From the NCBI GenBank assembly GCA_963761185.1, contig CAVXFY010000009.1, forward strand, positions 469,109 to 533,108: 64,000 nucleotides of DNA, written 5' to 3'. The position numbers and the translations under genes are program-made. Every line of letters begins with the position of its first letter. Within the stretch, counting starts at the first letter, position 1. The notes under the pieces are model-generated. The model saw only the letters and a list, made by a program, of their open reading frames with translations. It did not search any database and was not told where the DNA came from. The DNA is from an uncultured Alphaproteobacteria bacterium (lineage in GTDB: Bacteria; Pseudomonadota; Alphaproteobacteria; Rhizobiales; Xanthobacteraceae). This document shows, piece after piece, positions 7,808 through 16,805 of the stretch.

Positions 7808-8911
7808 ATGATGAGAAGCAAGCCGCCGTTTCGCGCCGACGTGGTCGGCAGCCTGTTGCGCACCGCGCCGTTGAAGGAAGCCCGCGCCAAGCGCGAGAAG
7901 GGCGAGATCACCGCGGCAGCGCTCACCGCGGTCGAGGACCGCGAGATCGAGAAGATCATCAAGAAGCAGGAAGAGGTGGGCTTAAAGCTCGCGACCGACG
8001 GCGAATTCCGCCGCTCCTGGTGGCACTTCGATTTCTACGGCATGCTCGACGGCGTCGAGATCCACGAGATCGATCACGGCATCCAATTCCAGGGCGTGCA
8101 GACGCGGCATCTGACCCCCCGCATCACCGGCAGGCTCGGCTTCACCACGCACCCGATGCTGGAGCATTTCAAGTTTCTCAAGGCGCATACGCGCGTCACG
8201 CCGAAAATGTGCATCCCGAGCCCGGCGACGCTGCACTTCCGGCTCGAGCCGAGCGCCATCACCACCAAGGACTATGCCGACCGCGGCGCCATCTTCGACG
8301 ATCTGGCGAAGACCTATAAGCAGGCAATCCGCGGCTTCTACGATGCCGGCTGCCGCTATCTGCAGTTCGACGACACCGCCTGGGCCTATCTGTGCTCGCC
8401 GGCCGAGCTGAAAAAGGCGCGCGACCGCGGGCTTAACGCCGAGCGGTTGCAAGAGGACTATGCCCGCGTCATCAACATGGCGCTCGAAGGCAAGCCTGCC
8501 GACATGGTGATCACCACGCATGTCTGCCGCGGCAATTTCCGCTCGACCTGGATTTCCGAGGGCGGCTACGAGCCGGTCGCCGAGATCATGCTCGGCAAGC
8601 TCAATTACGACGGCTATTTCCTCGAATACGATTCGTCGCGCGCCGGCGGCTTCGAACCGCTGCGATTCCTGCCGAAGGGCAACAAGATCGTCGTGCTCGG
8701 CCTGATCACGACGAAGTCCGGCTCGCTCGAGAAGAAAGGCGACGTCAAGCGCCGCATCGAGGAAGCGACCAAATTCGCAAGCCTCGATCAGCTCTGTCTC
8801 TCGCCGCAATGCGGCTTTGCCTCCACCGAAGAGGGCAATGTCCTTGCCGAAGAGGAGCAATGGGCCAAGCTGCGCATGGTCGTTGAAGTGGCCGACGAGG
8901 TGTGGCGCTGA
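7808..8911 (+). CDS. cobalamin-independent methionine synthase-like protein (MetE C-terminal domain family, ~370 aa type)
   Basis: FRADVVGSLLRT..L.EAR......I....L..VED..I...I..QE.VGL...TDGEFRR..WH.DF is typical of the short MetE-like / methionine synthase II family. Confidence 0.75.
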   Translation: MMRSKPPFRADVVGSLLRTAPLKEARAKREKGEITAAALTAVEDREIEKIIKKQEEVGLKLATDGEFRRSWWHFDFYGMLDGVEIHEIDHGIQFQGVQTRHLTPRITGRLGFTTHPMLEHFKFLKAHTRVTPKMCIPSPATLHFRLEPSAITTKDYADRGAIFDDLAKTYKQAIRGFYDAGCRYLQFDDTAWAYLCSPAELKKARDRGLNAERLQEDYARVINMALEGKPADMVITTHVCRGNFRSTWISEGGYEPVAEIMLGKLNYDGYFLEYDSSRAGGFEPLRFLPKGNKIVVLGLITTKSGSLEKKGDVKRRIEEATKFASLDQLCLSPQCGFASTEEGNVLAEEEQWAKLRMVVEVADEVWR

Positions 8912-8918
8912 CGCGGCG

Positions 8919-9638
8919 TCAGGCCGTCACCATCGACTTCGCGCTCACGCGCTTGTGCAGATGCACCATCAGCGCCATGGCGACGATCGGCGTCGCGAGA
9001 TTGACGATCGGGATCGAGACGAAGGCGGTGATGAACAGGCCGCCGACATAAACCAGCGCGGCATTGCGCTTGCGTAGCAGCTTGGCCTCGGCCGGCGGCC
9101 GGAAGCGCATCGCAGCAAGCTCGAAATATTCGCGGCCGAGAATGTAGGCGGTGGCGAGAAAGAAAATCACCGCGCCGAAACCGGCCAGCAGAATGAACGG
9201 CGCGGCGACGAGATAGATCAGGACGGCAAACAGCGCGGTCTTGAAGCCTTCCCACAGCGCAAGCGTCAGCGGCAGCGCCTTGCCCGGCGGATCGGCCGGA
9301 TAATATTCGCGCTCGACCTCGTCGCCGATGCGGTCGGCGAAGAAGCTGCCGACCACGGCCGTCACCGCCGGCATCAGCATGACGCTGCCGACGACGATGC
9401 CGAGGCCTGCGGCAAACGACAACAACCACGCCAGCGCCGTCACCGGGCCATGCGCCTGCGCGCCGAGCGTAGTTTCCACCGTCGTGCTGCCGGCGCCGAG
9501 CAGCCAGACGATGATGCGTTCGAGCGCGATGCCGGCGACGACGATGAGCGCCAGCGCCAGCCCGATCGACCGCCACAGCACCGCGCGCAGCGGCGGCGCG
9601 AACATCTGGGTAATCGAATTGACGACGGCGTCGATCAT
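8919..9638 (-). CDS. EI24/CysZ-like membrane protein
   Basis: 239 aa and multi-pass. The layout PAVTAVVGSFFADRI...E..YYP..P...LPL...LWEG.K resembles EI24 domain proteins. Confidence 0.65.
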   Translation of the reverse strand: MIDAVVNSITQMFAPPLRAVLWRSIGLALALIVVAGIALERIIVWLLGAGSTTVETTLGAQAHGPVTALAWLLSFAAGLGIVVGSVMLMPAVTAVVGSFFADRIGDEVEREYYPADPPGKALPLTLALWEGFKTALFAVLIYLVAAPFILLAGFGAVIFFLATAYILGREYFELAAMRFRPPAEAKLLRKRNAALVYVGGLFITAFVSIPIVNLATPIVAMALMVHLHKRVSAKSMVTA

Positions 9639-9757
9639 GGGGGCCTCTACCTCGCGGCAGAGGTAGCGACGGCGGCTGGAAAGTACAAGGGAAGCTGGCG
9701 GATGGATTTTCGCTTAAATCGCACTGCAGATGTGGACTGCCGCGAGGCAGATTTAGC

Positions 9758-11041
9758 CATTGATTGCACGGCCACAGGGTGCCTGAGAGGAATTCGAAGT
9801 CAATGACCGGGTTCAGCACATATGAGACGGCGCGGTCTCCTGACTGATACCAGCGAGATACTCTGCCGGGGTGCGATCGCCAAGAGCTTGGTGAGGCCTG
9901 TGGTGATTGAAGTGATAGGCGAAGGCGTCGACGAGGGGCTGCAGCTCATCGAGGCGCTCGGGCAGTTCGTAGGTTTGATAGAACTCGTAGCGCCATGAGC
10001 CTTGGGCGCGTTCGACGGCCCCATTGAGCTTGGGGCTTTTCGGCGGCAAGACGAAGAGGGCGAGGCCTTTATCGGCGCAGGCTTTCTCGAACTCGGCGCG
10101 AAACTCGCTGCCGCCGTCGACTTGGATGCCGCGGATTGGGAATGGCGCCTCGGCGATGAGCTTGTCGAGGAGAGCCTTTGCGGCCGCGGCTTTGGCAAAT
10201 CTGGCGACATGGCCGAAGGTCCATTTGGCGACCGGATCGTAGGCGGTGAAGTGCTTGATGGCTTTGTCGGAGGCGATGTTGATGAAGAGCGTATCGATCT
10301 GGACGATGTCGCCGGGCCGTTGCGGCTTGAGCCCTTTGGGCAGACGCTTGGCGTAGCGCTCGCCGGCAGTAAAGCGAAAGCGCCGGCCGCCCGGTTTGCG
10401 GCGGAGCGTCGGGATGGGGGTGACACGGCCTTGGTCCATAAGCTTTTTGAGGATGCGTCCGATGGTTGAGATCGAGGCGGTGCAGCCTTGACGGCGCAGT
10501 AGCGCTGCGAGCTTGCGCTTGCCCCACATCGGATTGTCGGCGCGCAGCTTCTCGACCGCGATGACAAGAGCACGCGGCCACGTCGGCTGGCGCAGCGCGT
10601 GCGGACGCCGGCTGCGCGGTTCGGCGCGCTGTTCCCAGCGATAGAGATTGGCGCGCGCGATGCCGACGGCTCTGGCGGCTTGTTCTGCCGTGAGCCCATC
10701 GGCCATAGCCCGGCGCCAGCGCGCCACCGCATAGCGTCTTCTCGCCGCTTCGATATCTGTGGTCTTCGCGGCAAGAAGACGCGACGCCACCTGGCCGTTT
10801 CGGATAATCTGTTCCGGCAGGTCAAAAACCTGCATGGGGGGTCTCCTGAGGTTGGTTGATTTGCAACTCTCAGCTTCGGAGACCCCTCGCCTTTACTCAA
10901 GCCGCCGTCTCGGATCTGTCTGGGCCAGGTCAGGATGCGCGAAGCGCACCGCCTTTGGCGGCGACCCATAGGGCGAACGCCCTATGGGTCGTCCTTGAGT
11001 TCAAATTCCTCTCAGGCAAAATGGTGGGCATGCGATCAATC
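9758..11041 (-). mobile_element. IS481-type IS, copy 2 (intact transposase; ends +/-20 nt)
   Basis: Inverted relative to copy 1. Its IR pair is cattgattgcacggccacagggtgcctgagaggaattcgaagtcaatgac at 9758 and its partner ending gcgatcaatc at 11041. Confidence 0.8.
9813..10835 (-). CDS. IS481-family transposase (HTH + rve integrase core)
   Basis: 340 aa. The N-terminal HTH is GLTAEQAARAVGIARANLYRWE. The DDE core is IVQIDT...IQVDGGSEF...PKSPKLNGAVERA....E. The C-terminus is YHFNHHRPHQALG. Confidence 0.9.
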   Translation of the reverse strand: MQVFDLPEQIIRNGQVASRLLAAKTTDIEAARRRYAVARWRRAMADGLTAEQAARAVGIARANLYRWEQRAEPRSRRPHALRQPTWPRALVIAVEKLRADNPMWGKRKLAALLRRQGCTASISTIGRILKKLMDQGRVTPIPTLRRKPGGRRFRFTAGERYAKRLPKGLKPQRPGDIVQIDTLFINIASDKAIKHFTAYDPVAKWTFGHVARFAKAAAAKALLDKLIAEAPFPIRGIQVDGGSEFRAEFEKACADKGLALFVLPPKSPKLNGAVERAQGSWRYEFYQTYELPERLDELQPLVDAFAYHFNHHRPHQALGDRTPAEYLAGISQETAPSHMC

Positions 11042-11078
11042 GTGACTTAGCGCTGCCGCCAGCGCTGTCTCAACGTGG

Positions 11079-11897
11079 TCACGCCACCATCGCCTCGACT
11101 TCGTCTTCCGCCGCTTCCGGCACCAGCGGGATGGCCGAGTCCTCGGCGTCGCGCGACCGGTCCGCCCATTGCAGCCGCTTATAGTCGAAGCCGCGTACGA
11201 TGGTCGGCTTGACCACGTTGAAATAGGGCGAAATATCGAAGTCGCGCGGGCAATAGAGCGACGAGTGGCGGATCTCCAAAATCTCTTCGCGCGCCAGCTG
11301 GCTGCCAGCGAGCTTGATCTTCGGCAGGATCGGATAACGCACCGTCGTGAACGCGTCGGCGATCAGCGCCGAGCAGATCAGCCGGCTCGGATCGCCGGAG
11401 CCGAGCGAAATCAAGCGCCGCCGCCAGCGTTGCGGCACCGGCAGCGGAAACAGATAACGCAGCAGGTCGACGATGTTTTTCAGATCGTAGGCAAAGCCGA
11501 TGCGGGCGACCGCATAGGCGCACACCGCTGTGCAATCCTCTTCGACCAGGCCGACCGGCCGGCAGATGCGCGTGTGGAACGGTGTGTATTTCGACAGCGG
11601 CGCCGAGACGACGCCCTCGCCGAGATTGGCCTCGATCAGCACATGCGGCTCGCCGTCCTCGCTGACGCGGCCGTCGAGCGGCCCGACATAGAGCGCCGAA
11701 TGCGACCAGGTCGATTGCGTAAGGTATTTGATGACGCCAGAAACGTGATTGTTGCCTTCGACGAGAAGCACGTCGCCCGGCTGCAGCGATTGGCGCAGCG
11801 CCTCGGGATCGCTCGGGGTAAACGGCTCGTAGCCCGCAATGGGCTTTTGCAAATAACGGGCGATCAAACGCCCAACGCCATCGAGCATCCTGCTCAT
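11079..11897 (-). CDS. YiiX/YaeF-type permuted papain-like (NlpC/P60 superfamily) protein
   Basis: GDVLLVEG...SGVIKYLTQSTWSHSALYVG carries the His and SRLICSALIADAF carries the Cys. The ATG at 11897 has a GGAGGCC RBS. The longer track ORF runs into the tandem repeat. Confidence 0.65.
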   Translation of the reverse strand: MSRMLDGVGRLIARYLQKPIAGYEPFTPSDPEALRQSLQPGDVLLVEGNNHVSGVIKYLTQSTWSHSALYVGPLDGRVSEDGEPHVLIEANLGEGVVSAPLSKYTPFHTRICRPVGLVEEDCTAVCAYAVARIGFAYDLKNIVDLLRYLFPLPVPQRWRRRLISLGSGDPSRLICSALIADAFTTVRYPILPKIKLAGSQLAREEILEIRHSSLYCPRDFDISPYFNVVKPTIVRGFDYKRLQWADRSRDAEDSAIPLVPEAAEDEVEAMVA

Positions 11898-11918
11898 GGT
11901 GGCCTCCCAGCCTTCTCT

Positions 11919-12070
11919 GAGCATGATCTTTTCGGAAAACCGGTATCCACTTTTCCGGATCATGCTGTTTGAGCATGATCTTTTCGGAAAACCGGTATCC
12001 ACTTTTCCGGATCATGCTGTTTGAGCATGATCTTTGCGGAAAACCGGTGCCGACTTTTCCGGATCATGCG
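11919..12070. repeat. tandem repeat, 52-nt unit x ~3 (REP family D)
   Basis: The unit is gagcatgatcttttcggaaaaccggtatccacttttccggatcatgctgttt, at 11919-11970 and 11971-12022, with a diverged third copy to about 12070. Each unit is itself an inverted repeat (gcatgatc...gatcatgc). A related single element lies at about 32820-32915. Confidence 0.85.
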
Positions 12071-12235
12071 CGCGCGCGGTTTGACCGCATCTTTTCTTGT
12101 CGCAATTTAACCGAACTCCGTTGCGATTTCGTTCACGGGGCCTGCGCAACGCCGTTCTGGAATTGCGCGCCAGCCGCGGTTCGGGCAATGTGCGGCCGCG
12201 TTGTTCAGCATTTGGAAAGCATAGCGCGACAAAGC

Positions 12236-13768
12236 ATGTCGCTATTCAACATGCCGCGATTGAGCCGACGTTCTCTCCTCGCCGCTTCGGCCGCATTTGC
12301 CGCACGTCAGGTGTTGCCGATAGGTAATCCCGTATTGGCGGCGACCGCGCCGACGTCCAGCCCGGTCGATGCCGTGATCGTCGGCGCCGGCGCAGCCGGC
12401 ATCGCCGCCGCGCGCAAGATCGCCGCCGCCGGGCGCCGCTATGTCTTGATCGAAGCGACCGACCATATCGGCGGCCGCTGCATCACCGACATGACCACGT
12501 TCGGCGTGCCCTACGATCGCGGCGCGCATTGGCTCTACTTGCCGGACTCGAACGCGCTGACGAAACTGGCACCGAACCGCAGCGACATTTATCCGGCGCC
12601 GCGCAGCCAGAAAGTGCGCGTCGGCCGCCGCTTCGCGCGCGAAGGCGAGCTCGAGGATTTTCTCTCGGCGCAGGTCCGCGCCACGCGCGCCATCGACGAT
12701 ATCGCGCGCAAAACTGATGCGCCCTGCGAACAGGCGATGCCGGCCGACCTCGGCGATTGGAAACCGACCGTTGAATTCGTGCTCGGCCCGTATAATTGCG
12801 CGCGGGATCTGGCGCAGGTGTCGGCATTCGATTTCGCCAAGGCGGCCGAACGCAAGACGGCGGCCTTTGCCAAACAAGGCCTCGGCACGCTGCTCACCTC
12901 GCTGGCGCAAGGTCTCACAGTGCAACTGTCGACGCCAGCGACATCGATCGATACGCGCGGCGGCGTTTCAGTGGTGACGCCGAAGGGCACGATCAACGCT
13001 CGCACCGCGATCGTCACCGTTCCTACCAACGTCATTTCGTCCGGCGGCCTGAAATTCACCCCCGATCTCGAGCATCATCAGTTCGATGCCTTCGGCCGCA
13101 TGGCGCTCGGCAGCTACGACCACATCGCGCTCGAGCTCAAAGGCAATCCGCTCGGGCTCGACAGCGACGATCTGGTGTTCGAGAAATCCAGCGACACCCG
13201 CACCGCGGCGCTGCTCGCCAATATTTCCGGCACGCCGCTCTGCGTCATCGATGTCGCGGGATCGTTCGGCCATGACCTTTCGGCGAAAGGCGAAGCCGAG
13301 ATGTTCGCCTTCGCCAGCGATTGGCTCGCGAACCTTTACGGCACCGAGATCAAAAACGCGATCGGCCGCAAAGCTGCCACGCGCTGGAACAGCGATCCCT
13401 ATACGCTCGGCGCCTGGTCGGCCGCGGTGCCGGGCAGCCAATTCGCGCGCAAGCAATTGCTCGGGCCGATCACCTATTCGAACAATGTCTGGTACGCCGG
13501 CGAGGCCGCGCACGAAACTTTGTGGGGTACGGTCGGCGGCGCCTGGGAATCCGGCGAGCGCGCCGCCGACGCGGCGTTGCGGGCCGTGGGCGGACTCCGG
13601 CCGGCAACGCCGATGGCGAGCGATACCGACACCGACACACCGGGCAGGCAAAAAAGTAAGCGCACCAAAGCCGAGCGCCGCGCGCCGCGCTATGGCGAGA
13701 GCGCGCCGCAATATCGCGGCACGTCAGGTTACACCGGCACGCCCAATATCATGGGCACTGAGCGCTGA
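12236..13768 (+). CDS. FAD-dependent amine oxidase (flavin monoamine oxidase family), Tat-signal bearing
   Basis: The twin-arginine signal is MSLFNMPRLSRRSLLAASAAFAA. The dinucleotide-binding motif is DAVIVGAGAAGIAAA. The C-terminal WYAGEA...GTVGGAWESGERAA is also typical. There is an extra basic tail of about 60 aa. Confidence 0.8.
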   Translation: MSLFNMPRLSRRSLLAASAAFAARQVLPIGNPVLAATAPTSSPVDAVIVGAGAAGIAAARKIAAAGRRYVLIEATDHIGGRCITDMTTFGVPYDRGAHWLYLPDSNALTKLAPNRSDIYPAPRSQKVRVGRRFAREGELEDFLSAQVRATRAIDDIARKTDAPCEQAMPADLGDWKPTVEFVLGPYNCARDLAQVSAFDFAKAAERKTAAFAKQGLGTLLTSLAQGLTVQLSTPATSIDTRGGVSVVTPKGTINARTAIVTVPTNVISSGGLKFTPDLEHHQFDAFGRMALGSYDHIALELKGNPLGLDSDDLVFEKSSDTRTAALLANISGTPLCVIDVAGSFGHDLSAKGEAEMFAFASDWLANLYGTEIKNAIGRKAATRWNSDPYTLGAWSAAVPGSQFARKQLLGPITYSNNVWYAGEAAHETLWGTVGGAWESGERAADAALRAVGGLRPATPMASDTDTDTPGRQKSKRTKAERRAPRYGESAPQYRGTSGYTGTPNIMGTER

Positions 13769-13862
13769 AGCGGCGCGGCGTTTGCCGCGAATAGCCGGCC
13801 GTTCGGGCGCGTTCGTGAGAGTGCATAGACGGGCCCTGCGCTCCTAGAGTTCGGCACGCAAA

Positions 13863-16295
13863 TTACGCCCGCAGCACGCCGCCGGTGCGCTTGCCGACTT
13901 CGGCGACGATCTTTTGTGCCAGCGCTTCGATCTCGGCGTCGGTCATGGTCTTGTCGCGCGGCTGCAGCGTCACCGCGATGGCGATCGACTTCTTGCCGGG
14001 CTCGATGCCCTTGCCCTCGTAGACGTCGAAGACGCTGACGCCCGTAATGAGCTTGCGGTCGACCGACTGCGCGGCGCGCACGATATCGGCGGCCTTCACA
14101 TTGCGTTCGACGACGAAAGCGAAATCGCGCTCCACCGGCTGGAACGGCGACAGTTCGAGCGCGGGCTTGGCGCGCGTCGGCTTTCGCCTTTGGCTCGGGG
14201 ATGTGTTCCAGGATCACCTCGAAAGCGACCAGCGGGCCTTCGGCGTCGAGCTTTTCCAGCGCGCTCGGGTGCAATTCGCCGAAATAGCCGAGCACGTTTT
14301 GCGGCCCGATCTGGATGGTGCCGCGAGCGGCCGGGATGCAGCCACGCCGGCCCGCCCGGCACGACCTGCAGCGCCTGCATCGGCGCCCCGGCCGCGATCA
14401 GCACGGCGAGCGCATCGGCCTTGGCGTCGAAGGCGTCGACCTCGTCGTTGAGCTCGCGCTTTGCCCAATGGCGGCCGATGCCGGACGGCTTCGCCAGTGC
14501 GCGGCGGACGCCGGCCGCCGCGGTGAACTGATCCTCCGGCCGGTCGCCGCGGAAGATCTGCCCGACCTCGAACAGGCCGACATCGGGAAAGCCGCGGTCG
14601 GTGTTGCGCCGCGCCGCGCCGACGAGGCCCGGAATGAGGCTCGGCCGCATGTCGGAAAGATCGGCCGCGATCGGATTGGCGAGCGCGAGCTCGGGCTGGC
14701 CGCCGCCGAACAATTCGGCCTGCGGCTTTGCGATGAACGACCACGTCACCGCCTCGACCATGCCGCGCGCGGCGAGCGCGCGCTTGGCGTTGCGGGTGCG
14801 CACCTGGATCGGGGTCAGCACCGGCTTGCGTGGCGTGTCGCCGCGCGGAAACGGCGTCAGCGGCACTTTATCGACGCCGACGATGCGCACGACTTCCTCG
14901 ACGATATCGGCCTTGCCCTCGACGTCCGGGCGCCATGACGGCACCGCGATCTTCACGCGCTCGCCTTGGCCGGCGACGAAGAAGCCGAGATGGTTGAGCA
15001 TGCGCCGCATCTCGGCTAAGCGGCACGTCGAGGCCGGCGAGACGCTCGAGCTCGGACAGCGGGAAATCGATGATCTTTTCCGGCGGTTCGGCGTTCGCCG
15101 GCGACGATGATCTCCGACGGCGTGCCGCCGCACAGCTCCAGTCACCATCTGGGTCGCCATGCTCGAGGCCCGGCACCATGAAGGCCGGATCGACGCCGCG
15201 CTCGAAGCGATAGCGCGCGTCGGAATTGATGCCGAGCTTGCGGCCGGTCTGCGCGATGTTGATCGGTTCCCACAGCGCCGATTCGATCAGCACGTCGGTG
15301 GTCGTCTCGTCGCAGCCGGAGGCTTCGCCGCCCATGATGCCGGCGAGCGATTCGACGCCGGTGTCGTCGGCGATCACGCAGATCGTATCGTCGAGCGTGT
15401 AGGTCTTGCCGTCGAGCGCCAGCAGGTTCTCGCCGGTCGCGCGCGCGGCGCACGGTGAGATTGCCCTTCGACTTTTGCGGCGTCGAACACATGCAGCGGC
15501 CGGCCGCGGTCGAAGGTGATGAAGTTGGTGATATCGACCAGCGCATTGATCGGCCGCAGCCCGATCGCGGTCAGCCGCTTCTGCAGCCAATCCGGCGACG
15601 GGCCGTTCTTGACGCCGCGCACCAGCCGCAGCGCGAAGGCCGGGCACAGCGACGGCGTCGCGCCGAAATCGAGCGTCACCTTCACCGGGCAGGGGAACTC
15701 GCCCTTGACCGGCTTGATCGCGGGATCCTTGAACTTGCCCATGTCGGCGGCGGCGAGATCGCGGGCGATGCCGTGCACGCCGGTGCAGTCGGGCCGGTTC
15801 GGCGTCAGATTGATCTCGATCACCGGATCGCCGAGCTGCGGCCCATTGCGCGAAAGCTTTCGCCGACCGGCGCATCGGCCGGCAGCTCGATGATGCCGTC
15901 GTGATCGTCGGAGATCTGTAGCTCGGCCTCCGACACCAGCATGCCGCGGCTTTCGACGCCGCGGATGGTGCCGATGCCGAGCGTGATGTTCTTGCCGGGA
16001 ATGAAGGTGCCGGGCGGCGAGAACACGCTGGTCATGCCGGCGCGCGCATTCGGCGCGCCGCACACGACCTGGATCGGCTTGCCGTCGCCGGTATCGACCA
16101 TGCAGACGCGCAGCCGGTCGGCATTCGGATGCTGCTCGGCGGAGATCACCTGGGCGATGACGAAGGGCGCGAGCAGCTTCGCCTTGTCCTCGATGTGCTC
16201 GACCTCGAGCCCGATCATGGTGAGCTTGTCGGCGATCTCGCCGAGCGGACGTCGGTGTCGAGATGCTCTTTCAGCCAGGAGAGGGTGAATTTCAT
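13863..16295 (-). pseudogene. pheT: phenylalanine--tRNA ligase beta subunit, as sequenced needs 10 frame switches
   Basis: Conserved PheT sequence can be threaded from [15 protein letters not shown] (ATG at 16295), through the tRNA-binding, B3/4 and B5 regions, to the C-terminal ERDFAFVV...FDVYEGKGI...TLQ. This requires hopping between ORFs 15820..16218, 15374..16063, 15142..15546, 14868..15875, 14096..15160, 13729..14295 and 13863..14135. Four of the switches fall within about 130 nt near 15060-15160. Confidence 0.85.
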
Positions 16296-16789
16296 CAAAG
16301 CCCCACTCCTTTCTCGGGCACGTAGAGATAGAGCAGCGGCAGACTGATGAAGACCAGGATGGTCAGAAGAATGGCGCCATGATTGCACCATTTGAACAGC
16401 TCGCGCCGGATGATGAGTTCCTCGAGCGCGACCTGTTCCAGGGGCCGCGTCTCATCGCGATGGAACATGGAGAGGCAGCGCAGACAGCCCAAAGCCACCA
16501 GGAGATACAGCATGATCTCGAGCACGATCACGCCTTGTTCGAAATGATTGTCGGCGACCACCGGCGCGGACACGCCGAGCGCCGCGATCATCATCGAGGT
16601 GTGGGTGAGAAGGCCGCCGGCCTTGTTGTCGAGGACCCCAAAGCTGACGCGGATGGGATTGGGGCCGAGCGTGCCTTCGCCGTCCACCGCAAGGTGCTCG
16701 GTGTAGTGCGCGATGCGCTCTTTCGGCCAGCCGCGCGTCATCGCGTGGAACAACATGCGGTCCACGGCTTGTATGGTCGAGATGATCAT
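16295..16789 (-). CDS. hypothetical membrane protein embedded between pheS and pheT
   Basis: 164 aa with about 3 hydrophobic segments. The ATG at 16789 has a GGGGAG RBS and lies 17 nt after the pheS stop. Its TGA overlaps the pheT ATG (ATGA at 16295-16292). Confidence 0.6.
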   Translation of the reverse strand: MIISTIQAVDRMLFHAMTRGWPKERIAHYTEHLAVDGEGTLGPNPIRVSFGVLDNKAGGLLTHTSMMIAALGVSAPVVADNHFEQGVIVLEIMLYLLVALGCLRCLSMFHRDETRPLEQVALEELIIRRELFKWCNHGAILLTILVFISLPLLYLYVPEKGVGL

Positions 16790-16805
16790 CGCGCGATCTC
16801 CCCGT

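Noticed and set aside
7690-7810. Calling the MetE-like leader a SAM-II riboswitch outright
   Set aside because: The geometry (hairpin plus SD-pairing pseudoknot) fits, but I cannot verify the SAM-II/SAM-V consensus nucleotides without a covariance-model scan. It is kept only as a candidate.
4901-11041. Target-site duplications that would prove transposition of the composite element
   Set aside because: I could not find matching direct repeats at either the outer or the inner junctions. The flank similarity is better explained by longer IRs or a repeated palindromic target, so mobility of the composite element remains unproven.
11919-12070. Possible CRISPR array
   Set aside because: The 52-nt units are directly abutting with no spacers. 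The units are internally palindromic REP-like sequences, and no cas genes are nearby.
13729-16218. Treating ORFs 13729..14295, 13863..14135, 14096..15160, 14868..15875, 15142..15546, 15374..16063 and 15820..16218 as separate genes
   Set aside because: Each carries a consecutive block of conserved PheT sequence, so they are fragments of one gene.
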